A DNA stretch of 64,000 nucleotides from a virus. Shown piece after piece: positions 47,455 to 55,292 of the stretch (position 1 is the first letter of the stretch; the number at the start of each line of letters is the position of its first letter). Under the pieces are notes generated by a model, which did not search any database, had not been told where the DNA came from, and saw nothing but the letters and a program-made list of their open reading frames with translations. The position numbers and the translations under genes are program-made. The DNA is taken from the IMG/VR virus record IMGVR_UViG_3300033273_000392, positions 64,001 to 128,000 of that record; one strand, written 5' to 3'.

Positions 47455-47748
47455 TCAGTCGAAATGTTTCATGAGTTCTTGTTTAAACTCATTTTTATTT
47501 ATCTCAATTGGTTTGCAGAATAGAACTTTATGCCCAAGATATTGGAACCGCACATCGCCATTAGAACGCGTCTTAAGCGTATCTCGGCAGGCTTGGATAA
47601 GATCGGTGTTTCCAATATAGGTTAGCAATTCTGCATCAACCTCGACGTGGAAGATCTGTCCTCCCTTTGGACGGAAGTCTGGTCCTCCTTCACCGGTGAG
47701 ATTATAATTCTCGTAGTATTGAGCTTCTATTTGAAGGAGCGCTGTCAT
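47455..47748 (-). CDS. Hypothetical protein
   Basis: 97 aa ORF. Confidence 0.6.
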   Translation of the reverse strand: MTALLQIEAQYYENYNLTGEGGPDFRPKGGQIFHVEVDAELLTYIGNTDLIQACRDTLKTRSNGDVRFQYLGHKVLFCKPIEINKNEFKQELMKHFD

Positions 47749-48206
47749 TAGGCTTTTTGGGTTTCAAGGTAAGCTTCATAGGCCTCGTATTGCTTAGTGC
47801 CATACTTAGGACGATAGCTAACCGTCATGTATTTAGTTCCGAACTCAATGCCACTTGCAGGATCTTTAATCCCATGGCCATCGTTGTATTCATAGATATC
47901 TTCCATGCCGTTGAAACGACCTTGAGAGAAGACAGCTTCAAGTTCTTGGCGGACATTTTCATAGACACACTTCTCGACTTCAACAGGACTCAAGTAAACG
48001 TCGACAGCATCTCCGCCGCTGAAAGAACTAGTAGACACCTGGAACTTGACGCCAGGGAAACGTTGCTTCATGTATTGACGGACGCACTGGCCAACGCCGC
48101 CCATCGTACGATAGCAGGGTTCGCCGTCTCGGTTAGCACCGACAGTGATGTTCTTAAACTCGAGGCCGAATGACTCGAAGGTGATTTTAGCAGTGTTTTG
48201 CTTCAT
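47748..48206 (-). CDS. LPD29-like (large polyvalent protein-associated domain) protein
   Basis: 'VRQYMKQRFPGVKFQVSTSSFSGGDAVDV' and 'GRFNGMEDIYEY'. Confidence 0.6.
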   Translation of the reverse strand: MKQNTAKITFESFGLEFKNITVGANRDGEPCYRTMGGVGQCVRQYMKQRFPGVKFQVSTSSFSGGDAVDVYLSPVEVEKCVYENVRQELEAVFSQGRFNGMEDIYEYNDGHGIKDPASGIEFGTKYMTVSYRPKYGTKQYEAYEAYLETQKA

Positions 48207-48224
48207 GAGAGAGTTGATTTGTTT

Positions 48225-48254
48225 AACTGATTAACCTTACATATGCAATATACG
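48225..48254 (-). promoter_or_regulatory. Early-type promoter/leader cassette, copy 1
   Basis: AACTGATTAACCTTACATATGCAATATACG; near-identical copy at 48731-48760. Confidence 0.6.
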
Positions 48255-48301
48255 ACAGGATTTTTAAGCATGACAATCTGAAATGTTAAAATTTGTTAAA
48301 A

Positions 48302-48532
48302 TCAACGTTCCATAATAACAAAGTGACCGAAGTAACTGTCAAAGACCTGCAGGAGGTTCTCATAATCAGACTCTCGCATCTCATCGCAAATAGCTTGAGG
48401 ATCGTAGCCTGCCTCAGCCCCGCCGAGCTGCTCAGCAAATCGTTTAGCGTATCCGAGCAGGACAAACGCGTTACCTTCAGGACCGGTGAGATCGATGACG
48501 ATCTCGGTTGCTTCTTCTTTTCTTCGAAACAT
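48302..48532 (-). CDS. Conserved phage hypothetical protein ('IDLTGPEGNAFVLLG')
   Basis: 76 aa; recurrent phage motif. Confidence 0.65.
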   Translation of the reverse strand: MFRRKEEATEIVIDLTGPEGNAFVLLGYAKRFAEQLGGAEAGYDPQAICDEMRESDYENLLQVFDSYFGHFVIMER

Positions 48533-48534
48533 GA

Positions 48535-48726
48535 TTATTTGTTTTTTTCGTTTTCAATTTCTTTGTCAACCGCATCTGCAATAAAACGCGAAATGTCACG
48601 CTTCTCGCCGATGATTTCGATCAACTGGACGAGAATGCCCATGTTGCCTTCTTTAATTGCTGATTTGATCAGCATATCCTGGGCCGAAGGGGCCATTGAG
48701 AGAATGTGTTTCTTGATATCGATCAT
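48535..48726 (-). CDS. Small hypothetical protein
   Basis: ATG at 48726 (MIDIKKH) immediately after the duplicated promoter cassette. Confidence 0.55.
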   Translation of the reverse strand: MIDIKKHILSMAPSAQDMLIKSAIKEGNMGILVQLIEIIGEKRDISRFIADAVDKEIENEKNK

Positions 48727-48730
48727 GAGT

Positions 48731-48760
48731 AACTGATTAACCTTACATATGTAATATACG
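48731..48760 (-). promoter_or_regulatory. Early-type promoter/leader cassette, copy 2
   Basis: AACTGATTAACCTTACATATGTAATATACG; 29/30 identical to 48225-48254. Confidence 0.6.
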
Positions 48761-48792
48761 AAAAAAAGCCCAAACAAAAAAATGTTTGGGCT
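48761..48792 (-). terminator. Intrinsic terminator overlapping the upstream part of the early promoter
   Basis: AGCCCAAACA-A6-TGTTTGGGCT perfect 10-bp stem plus T-run on the minus strand. Confidence 0.75.
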
Positions 48793-48818
48793 CTTAATAT
48801 TGTTAAAATATGTTAAAA

Positions 48819-49313
48819 TCAGTCGCAGTTTCCTTCAGCTTCTGTCTCTATGTCTTCAACGTAAATCTTAGAGCTATCAATCCACCTATACTTCCTTGCG
48901 ATATTAGTAACTAGCTTTACGGAAGGAGAGAAGTAGTTAACTGCATCTGTAGATTCACATTCAGCATCCTCAAAGTCAAATACAAACTTCCATGCAAGAG
49001 AACCTACATTTACAGTTCCATCTCCATTAGCAACATAGTCCACATACGAATCATCAATAGGCTCTAGTGGAGTGTACATCTTAAAGTTGCTTATCATTCT
49101 TTTACTAAAGCTATTAAAGTGCCTTTGACAAAGAGCGTCTATTTCAGCAATAAAATCATTGAACTCATCAGCAGGAACATCGCTTGCGTTCTTTTTTGCA
49201 GATATCGCAAGATCAAAATCAGCAGATCCTTCTGACATACAATCTACCTCCCACTTTGGGTCTGGTCCATAGTACTCGTTTACGAAATCTCTAAATCCAC
49301 CTACGTGCTTCAT
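48819..49313 (-). CDS. Leader-bearing acidic hypothetical protein
   Basis: MKHVGGFRDFVNE; GATATATA at 49333-49340. Confidence 0.55.
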   Translation of the reverse strand: MKHVGGFRDFVNEYYGPDPKWEVDCMSEGSADFDLAISAKKNASDVPADEFNDFIAEIDALCQRHFNSFSKRMISNFKMYTPLEPIDDSYVDYVANGDGTVNVGSLAWKFVFDFEDAECESTDAVNYFSPSVKLVTNIARKYRWIDSSKIYVEDIETEAEGNCD

Positions 49314-49350
49314 ACTTTAAAAATGTTTTCTTTATATATCTAAGAGTGTA

Positions 49351-50094
49351 TTAAAAAGGGGCTTCGTCTAGCAGAGGCATACCACTGATCTTAAGCATAA
49401 CCTCTGCGGTTGCCTTAATATCCTTTTCACAATATTCTTTAATCTCTTCAAGTCTTCCATTCCAATATGCTTCATTAACCTCAGATCCTTCCATAGCATC
49501 TTTAGGACTGGGGATCCCCATAACTTCAGCAATCAGTCCTAGCTTAGCGCTGTTCCATCCACCAAACTTCCAAATATCTTGCGTATCTAGGAGGCAGTTC
49601 TCCCACGGCTTCTGCTTTTGAAAGTGGAATGCAGCAGGAACTGCCACTTCATTTACAAGAGCTCGCTTTACAAGATACGGCATATCAAATCCCTTGATGT
49701 TATGTCCGACCCAAAGCATCTTAGGGTACTTGTTCATAACCTTAGTTGCAAACTCCATAAAGTTAGAAAGAACTTTCTTTTCGTCATCTCCATAAGTTGA
49801 GCTACATGAAAACTTGTATGGCATTCCGTATTCATCAAACTTTATCTGACCAAACGAGATGCAAACGATCTTACCCCATTCGGGCCATAGTCCAGCCATA
49901 CGAGGCCACATTTCGTGCGGATCTTGAATATCACCAAGCTCTTCTGGATTCTGCTGTCTAAGTTGAAGTGACTTGTATGCCCAGTAATTCTCTAGGGCAG
50001 GATTCTTATCAATCGTTTCTTGAAACGTTTCTGTTTGCGTAGTGGTCTCTATATCAATAAAGACCATTTGCTTTAGTTCTTCTGGATTGTACAT
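49351..50094 (-). CDS. 3'-5' exonuclease (PolB-exonuclease-related, DEDD)
   Basis: 'FIDIET', 'GHNIKGFDMPYL', 'KPWE..LDT..IWKFG', 'YCEKD'. Confidence 0.88.
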   Translation of the reverse strand: MYNPEELKQMVFIDIETTTQTETFQETIDKNPALENYWAYKSLQLRQQNPEELGDIQDPHEMWPRMAGLWPEWGKIVCISFGQIKFDEYGMPYKFSCSSTYGDDEKKVLSNFMEFATKVMNKYPKMLWVGHNIKGFDMPYLVKRALVNEVAVPAAFHFQKQKPWENCLLDTQDIWKFGGWNSAKLGLIAEVMGIPSPKDAMEGSEVNEAYWNGRLEEIKEYCEKDIKATAEVMLKISGMPLLDEAPF

Positions 50095-50138
50095 AGCGTA
50101 TTAGTATCTCATAGTTATATGAGAATACGCCATAATGT

Positions 50139-50384
50139 TTAAGATACTGGTCCGTCCCAGCCCTGATTATCCCAGTCTCTTGCTGATCTTAAATCGGAAT
50201 ATGCTTGATATGGAAGCACAACTTGCACGTATCCTCCGCTTACAGAATACGGAGCCTCTTCATGTGAATGCCAGTATGGCGGAGCATTTTTGATTCTTCC
50301 ATTTAGAAAATCAAATAGCTCGTCAATTTGCATATGGTGAACCCATAAGACGATTTGCATGCATTTCATATTAGCTTTTCCCAT
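50139..50384 (-). CDS. Hypothetical protein
   Basis: 81 aa ORF. Confidence 0.55.
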   Translation of the reverse strand: MGKANMKCMQIVLWVHHMQIDELFDFLNGRIKNAPPYWHSHEEAPYSVSGGYVQVVLPYQAYSDLRSARDWDNQGWDGPVS

Positions 50385-50389
50385 ATTAA

Positions 50390-51337
50390 TTAACTTTGAA
50401 TTTCAAATCTGTCAGGCTCAAGATCTAACGTCTTTTTATCTAGATATTCACTAAAATCAGATAACTCCTTATCAGCATCATCAGATAACTCCCTTCCATA
50501 GAAGTCCTTAAATAGAACTCTATATGCCTGAACAGTTATATCAAATGGTACACCTGGTTGTGAATTACTTTCTATAATGTAAACCTTTCCGTCTTTGTCC
50601 TCCATCACATCAAAGCAAATGTATGGGAGATCTTTGAATATCCTGCAATACTTGGATATGACTTCTTTAAAGGAATCAGGGACGTTCTCTGGATTTCTCT
50701 TTATATACTTAAACGACATCTTTTCCTCTCCCTTACCATCTCCACTTTTAGCTTTGTCGTTCATAGGCTTTCTTTCCATCCATGCAAATATCTCGCCTTT
50801 AAAGCAAACTAGACGATGCTCGGATTTCTTATCAATATATTGTGAATAAACTTCTAGCTTACTATGGTCTGCTGAATCAAATGACTCCTGATCCTTAAAA
50901 ACTTGAATGCCTAGGCCAGAATGTCCGCTAGACGGTTTAGCTATCATTGGAAAACCTATCTTCTCGATAGCTTCATCTTTATCAAAAGAAGTTTTAGGAA
51001 TATTTTCATCGTCACCGACAATCTCATGGAACTTCTTTTTTGACCCCGACATTTCAATAAACTCTGGCTTATTGTACACTTTATCTGGATCGATAAGGCC
51101 ATCATCAATAAGAGCCTTTACTACTTTGGAATTATACGTCAATACAGGAAACTCTGGATTTATCTCCATGTCCTTGTAGTTATCTAAATTAACCTGTACA
51201 AAGAAGTTATCGCCAGCAAAGCCTTTATAGCTCCACCAGCGATGACCACTTTTAGGATCGATAGCAAGATAGATTTTATGTAAATCTCCTTGCCTCTTCT
51301 CAGAAACAAACTGTTCAAAAAGCTTGAATTTACCCAT
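50390..51337 (-). CDS. Leader-bearing ATP-grasp ligase (RimK-like)
   Basis: Start MGKFKLFEQFVSE at 51337 after GATATATA; 'FPMIAKPSSGHSGLGI', 'QYIDKKSEHR', 'FDVM', 'IIESNSQPG'. Confidence 0.8.
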   Translation of the reverse strand: MGKFKLFEQFVSEKRQGDLHKIYLAIDPKSGHRWWSYKGFAGDNFFVQVNLDNYKDMEINPEFPVLTYNSKVVKALIDDGLIDPDKVYNKPEFIEMSGSKKKFHEIVGDDENIPKTSFDKDEAIEKIGFPMIAKPSSGHSGLGIQVFKDQESFDSADHSKLEVYSQYIDKKSEHRLVCFKGEIFAWMERKPMNDKAKSGDGKGEEKMSFKYIKRNPENVPDSFKEVISKYCRIFKDLPYICFDVMEDKDGKVYIIESNSQPGVPFDITVQAYRVLFKDFYGRELSDDADKELSDFSEYLDKKTLDLEPDRFEIQS

Positions 51338-51353
51338 AAGGTATATATCCAAG

Positions 51354-51791
51354 TTAGCTTCCAGGAAAAACTTCGATCGTTCTTTCTTCTTTAACTAAAT
51401 CGCCCCATACTCCAGAGTAGCGAGTACCCTTTACAATATGATTGTCAATCCAATGGTAATGACCGCCTCTTGGCTTATTCATAAGAAGACCATGATACTT
51501 AAAGCCATGTTTATCAAGCCACTCCTCGGTAATATCTCTCACATCCTCAGTACGAGATGTAAAGAATGTGATTATATGTCCCTCGTCGTACCAGCGGTTT
51601 AGTGTTTCTACTGCATCTGGAAATGGAAGAACATGTTTCATTCTTTCAGGCTCCTCATTAGGTACATCATCAGTTACCGTTCCATCGATATCGATTAAAT
51701 AGTTTTTAACACCTTCTGGTAATTGTGGACTTGCCAAATGTCCCTCGTCGTCAAACGCCATATTAAGCGCTAAGTTTATTTCTTTCTTCAT
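51354..51791 (-). CDS. HAD-superfamily phosphatase (Flavobacteria-type family)
   Basis: 'NYLIDIDGTVTDDVPNEEPERM', 'FFTSR', 'KPRGG.YHWIDN'. Confidence 0.8.
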   Translation of the reverse strand: MKKEINLALNMAFDDEGHLASPQLPEGVKNYLIDIDGTVTDDVPNEEPERMKHVLPFPDAVETLNRWYDEGHIITFFTSRTEDVRDITEEWLDKHGFKYHGLLMNKPRGGHYHWIDNHIVKGTRYSGVWGDLVKEERTIEVFPGS

Positions 51792-51797
51792 GTTGAA

Positions 51798-53105
51798 TTA
51801 GTTTTGTTTTCTCATAAAAGACACGCAGATATATCTTTTTCCAGAGTATATCGGACGTGCGCCGTGAAGGTGTGTGACCATTCCAGGATGGAGAGTAGCC
51901 GTTCCTACTCTTTCTGGATTAGATAGTAAGTTGTATTTAGGGAACCATGTTCCGCCGCCATCAAATTCATCATTTAGTTTTACAACCATTGTTATATGGC
52001 TAAAGTCATGATGTAGTGACAAGTGAGACTGCCGGTCTGTCGTGTATCTTGCTAAAAAGTTTTCACTAAACATGGTTCTCCAACCCTTTCCTTCTAGTGT
52101 CCATAGATGAATACAGAGAGGGTATATAACCTCTTTAAGAACTCGACTATAAATGTTTTGAAGGCCTATGTCTTGCAAAAGCACGTCGTTAGTTGGATAA
52201 AACTCATGTCTATCTACAGTCCAATTATCTTTAGCTTCTGCCAATGCAATTGCATCTTTACAGAATTTTTCAGTAAATAGCTGAAACTCAAACACGTTGT
52301 CACCTAGATCATCAATCATAAGATCGTATTCTCCTTTACGCAAAGTCGTATTTACATACTTTTGCATCCAAGAATCCCAATCAGAGTCATCTAGAATTTC
52401 AAAGTACTCATTGGTTTGTGGATTACCGTGCCCGATAGTAGAAGTTTGTGCATTAGACGTTTGCTTTATCCAGTCTACTTTAGTAGCAAATGCCTTTATC
52501 TTCTTTTCAGGAAATAGTTCATTTACATCGTTTCTAGGATGCCGCAAAAAGGTAGCCGGTAAAAACTCATCAACTGGGATTATATTAGATCTAAGATTTA
52601 CGTAATCTAAGAGTTTACTAGCACCGACCTTAGTAAGAACGTATGCATGTGAACAATATGAGTTTAAAGGCATACATATATCTTCAGTAACTGAAAGCTC
52701 TGCTTCTTTGTTCAGCGCGTTTCTACCAAGATATATGAAATCCCATTTAGGTACTTTATCTAAATTTAATTGGCTAATTGCCTTTACTCCTTTAAAGTCC
52801 TCTTCTAGAACTAAAACGACATCTTCATCTCCTTCCGCAATCTTTTTCCATATTTCCATGTGACTTAACGTACATCCTATTTCACCTGGAAGTACTTGCC
52901 TATTCCACCAATCGTTATTAGAACCTTCAAGCTTCCATCCAGAATACGCTGAAAATGGCTCTATATTACTAGGTACATTATTTCCGTCAATTGCTGTAAA
53001 GATCTCGTACCCTGCTCTATTGCTTAGACCGAGTTTTCCCATTCGATCTATAATATCTGCATTAGACTTTTTAAGATTAATTACATAAATCTTTTCTATA
53101 TTCAT
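51798..53105 (-). CDS. GT25 (COLGALT-like) glycosyltransferase fused to a PLOD-like 2OG-Fe(II) lysyl hydroxylase
   Basis: Start MNIEKIYVINL at 53105 (ATGA overlap). GT25: GEIGCTLSH, LVLEED, WDFIYLGR, PVDEFLP. LH: YPTND, NFLARY, LHHD, GGGTWFPKYN, HPG..THLH, GKRYICVSF. Confidence 0.85.
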   Translation of the reverse strand: MNIEKIYVINLKKSNADIIDRMGKLGLSNRAGYEIFTAIDGNNVPSNIEPFSAYSGWKLEGSNNDWWNRQVLPGEIGCTLSHMEIWKKIAEGDEDVVLVLEEDFKGVKAISQLNLDKVPKWDFIYLGRNALNKEAELSVTEDICMPLNSYCSHAYVLTKVGASKLLDYVNLRSNIIPVDEFLPATFLRHPRNDVNELFPEKKIKAFATKVDWIKQTSNAQTSTIGHGNPQTNEYFEILDDSDWDSWMQKYVNTTLRKGEYDLMIDDLGDNVFEFQLFTEKFCKDAIALAEAKDNWTVDRHEFYPTNDVLLQDIGLQNIYSRVLKEVIYPLCIHLWTLEGKGWRTMFSENFLARYTTDRQSHLSLHHDFSHITMVVKLNDEFDGGGTWFPKYNLLSNPERVGTATLHPGMVTHLHGARPIYSGKRYICVSFMRKQN

Positions 53106-54127
53106 AGTGATTCTATAAGTTTTTTCCAATCGTACGACCTCGATGACCACGTTTGATTCTTGGACCAGCTGATACAATCCTTCCGTATCCTTTCTATTAT
53201 GTTAGAACTGCTATGTTCTAATATAGATGTGGCTTCATTATATCTACTAACCTTATAATCTAATATGATTCCGGAATGTATTGTTTCATTTAAAGCCGCA
53301 ATATTAGTAGTAATCGGTATCACGCCCGCGTATTGCATTTCTAAGGCAGTAATACAATACGTTTCTTCATATCCTGTTAAATACATCCAATAGTCTGACT
53401 TAAGCATTGCTGCGTGCAAATCTTCTTGAGAAACACTTCCGTGAATAGTAATTCCATCTTGTCTTACTAAATGAGATAATCTATCCATATCGCCAGAAGC
53501 ATAGTCAGGATAGTATACGTTTAACGTGGCTTCTGGTTTTACTTCTTTTATTCTACTCCAGTTTTCTAATAAGTGTGATAGCCCCCTACTCGGCGCAGAA
53601 CTCCATATAAAACTATCCTTTATCTTTCTAGGTCTTCCATGAAACGAGCTAAGGTCTATCCCATTCCCTATGACTTCTATATTATCAACACCATACTTAT
53701 TTGACCATTGATTTTTATGCCATTCGGTAAGGCATACTATTTTAGAAAGCTTTTGATTATTAAGAAGCGTTTTACTTTGGGGAATCTTCTTTCCGTTCCA
53801 CCAAGCGTGATAGTCTGTATTGTGTGCCCAAAAGATCTTCTTAGCGCCATATTTCTCGAACTCTAATAAGAAGTGGATATAACTAGCACCTATAATTACA
53901 TCAAAGTGATTAAAGTATTGCTTGTGGAGTTTATGCGTGGGAATCCATTCTACTAAACCAAACTTTCCAGGAAGAACATTCCCAGATACGAATACTTCCC
54001 AACCAAACCTGCTTAGCTCTTCAGAAAGCTTTATGCATGCTAGTTCTGTACCTCCAATACCGGAAGTCTTAATAGTATCTGGATTAAATGGCTTCTTCTG
54101 ATAGCCTACATAAATTAGTATGCGCAT
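53102..54127 (-). CDS. GT-B glycosyltransferase (GT4-like)
   Basis: 'GIGGTE', 'FWAHN', 'VIGNGID', 'SSAPSRGL', 'ETYCITALE', 'AALNET'. Confidence 0.85.
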   Translation of the reverse strand: MRILIYVGYQKKPFNPDTIKTSGIGGTELACIKLSEELSRFGWEVFVSGNVLPGKFGLVEWIPTHKLHKQYFNHFDVIIGASYIHFLLEFEKYGAKKIFWAHNTDYHAWWNGKKIPQSKTLLNNQKLSKIVCLTEWHKNQWSNKYGVDNIEVIGNGIDLSSFHGRPRKIKDSFIWSSAPSRGLSHLLENWSRIKEVKPEATLNVYYPDYASGDMDRLSHLVRQDGITIHGSVSQEDLHAAMLKSDYWMYLTGYEETYCITALEMQYAGVIPITTNIAALNETIHSGIILDYKVSRYNEATSILEHSSSNIIERIRKDCISWSKNQTWSSRSYDWKKLIESL

Positions 54128-54154
54128 ATAAACCCGTTTAGGATTTATATATTA

Positions 54155-54364
54155 TCATTCCTGAGACGAGAGATGTTCAACAATAAGACATGGTTTACAA
54201 TAACGACATGATACTTCGGTGCCTATTTCTTCATCATCGGAAGGAAGCTCGTGTGTTTTCCATTCAAAATCAAAAACACCGTTATCGTCATATACGTTAT
54301 ACGCGCCGGCTTCACATTTAGAAGTACCGCTTGACATTGTTTGTTGGCAATTAGTGCAATCCAT
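54155..54364 (-). CDS. Small Cys-rich protein
   Basis: CxxC at the N-terminus and CxxCxxC near the C-terminus. Confidence 0.55.
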   Translation of the reverse strand: MDCTNCQQTMSSGTSKCEAGAYNVYDDNGVFDFEWKTHELPSDDEEIGTEVSCRYCKPCLIVEHLSSQE

Positions 54365-55281
54365 TATTCTTCTCCTGTTACTGTTATACCATCCAGGGCA
54401 AAGTCAGCTCTAAAATATTTTACATCCGACATGACAAAATGAAGATAAACTGAGGATTGACCTGCAAGTGAGTTTAAGTCTACTTCTGCCTTTCTCCAAA
54501 GAGCTGAGTTTGATGTTTGTTGACCTCCTGAAATTCTATTTGATGTAGCTGTCGTAGATCCCGTATCATTCGTCCATCTAGTTATATTCAATCCGCCAGT
54601 AGAAACGTTTTGTAAACCTGAGTTAGTTACGACCTCTGATATTCTACTAGAGTCGGTTGCTGAAGTTGTAGCGGCAATTGCAAAGTCATGTGATGTTGAA
54701 TCTGAAGACGCAGTGGCTAGAGAGTATATATGAAACCAAAAATTTAACTTAAGTGTATTATTACTTAACGCGTTACTAAAATCAAGCTCTGGTGAAATTA
54801 GGGCATGTGCTTGCCCACTACTAGAATAACCGCCACCGGCTGCAGCAGATGACGATTCATAATAGATGTATCGATTCGTGTTACTTTGTGTTCCTGTAGT
54901 AGCACTTACGCCGCCTGATAAACCACCGTTAGGACCAGTCCCTGAAGATCCTGTTGCATTATAGTCAAATCTCCATCCATACGTACCAACTAAGGTAGAA
55001 CTAGATGGGTTTACATTAAATGTTTGTGAGTACGCTCCTGGCAAGCCAAATACCACATGCGAGTCTATACCAACAGTCCATCCAGTAGGCAGCATTTGTG
55101 AAGTATATCCACCGGTCGTCCAATCTTGAGTAAGATAAGTTGTAGCCGTGCCACTGCTACCTGAGCCTCCACCAGACGATCCCCTAGCAAAACCTAAAAG
55201 TTTATTTATGCTAGACCATCCACGCCCAGTTCTTTTTGAGATGTTACTTACGTCTACTCCTGTCTGTTTAGATATTGCCAT
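54364..55281 (-). CDS. Virion-associated protein with MAM-like beta-sandwich domain
   Basis: 'SSGTGP', 'YIYYESS', 'LISP', 'LNFWFHIY', 'WRKAEVDL', 'DFALDGITV' follow the MAM-domain pattern. Confidence 0.55.
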   Translation of the reverse strand: MAISKQTGVDVSNISKRTGRGWSSINKLLGFARGSSGGGSGSSGTATTYLTQDWTTGGYTSQMLPTGWTVGIDSHVVFGLPGAYSQTFNVNPSSSTLVGTYGWRFDYNATGSSGTGPNGGLSGGVSATTGTQSNTNRYIYYESSSAAAGGGYSSSGQAHALISPELDFSNALSNNTLKLNFWFHIYSLATASSDSTSHDFAIAATTSATDSSRISEVVTNSGLQNVSTGGLNITRWTNDTGSTTATSNRISGGQQTSNSALWRKAEVDLNSLAGQSSVYLHFVMSDVKYFRADFALDGITVTGEE

Positions 55282-55292
55282 GTGTAGTTAAT

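Noticed and set aside
50096-50130. Imperfect hairpin just upstream of the exonuclease start
   Set aside because: Bulged AT-rich stem without a T-run; function cannot be supported
51798-52410. Ordinary cyanophage-type prolyl-4-hydroxylase-like oxygenase
   Set aside because: PLOD-specific strings (PTxD, NF..RY..D.Q..L..HHD, HPG..TH.H, RYI.VSF) are present and the neighbouring collagens have almost no Y-position Pro; not formally excluded without an assay
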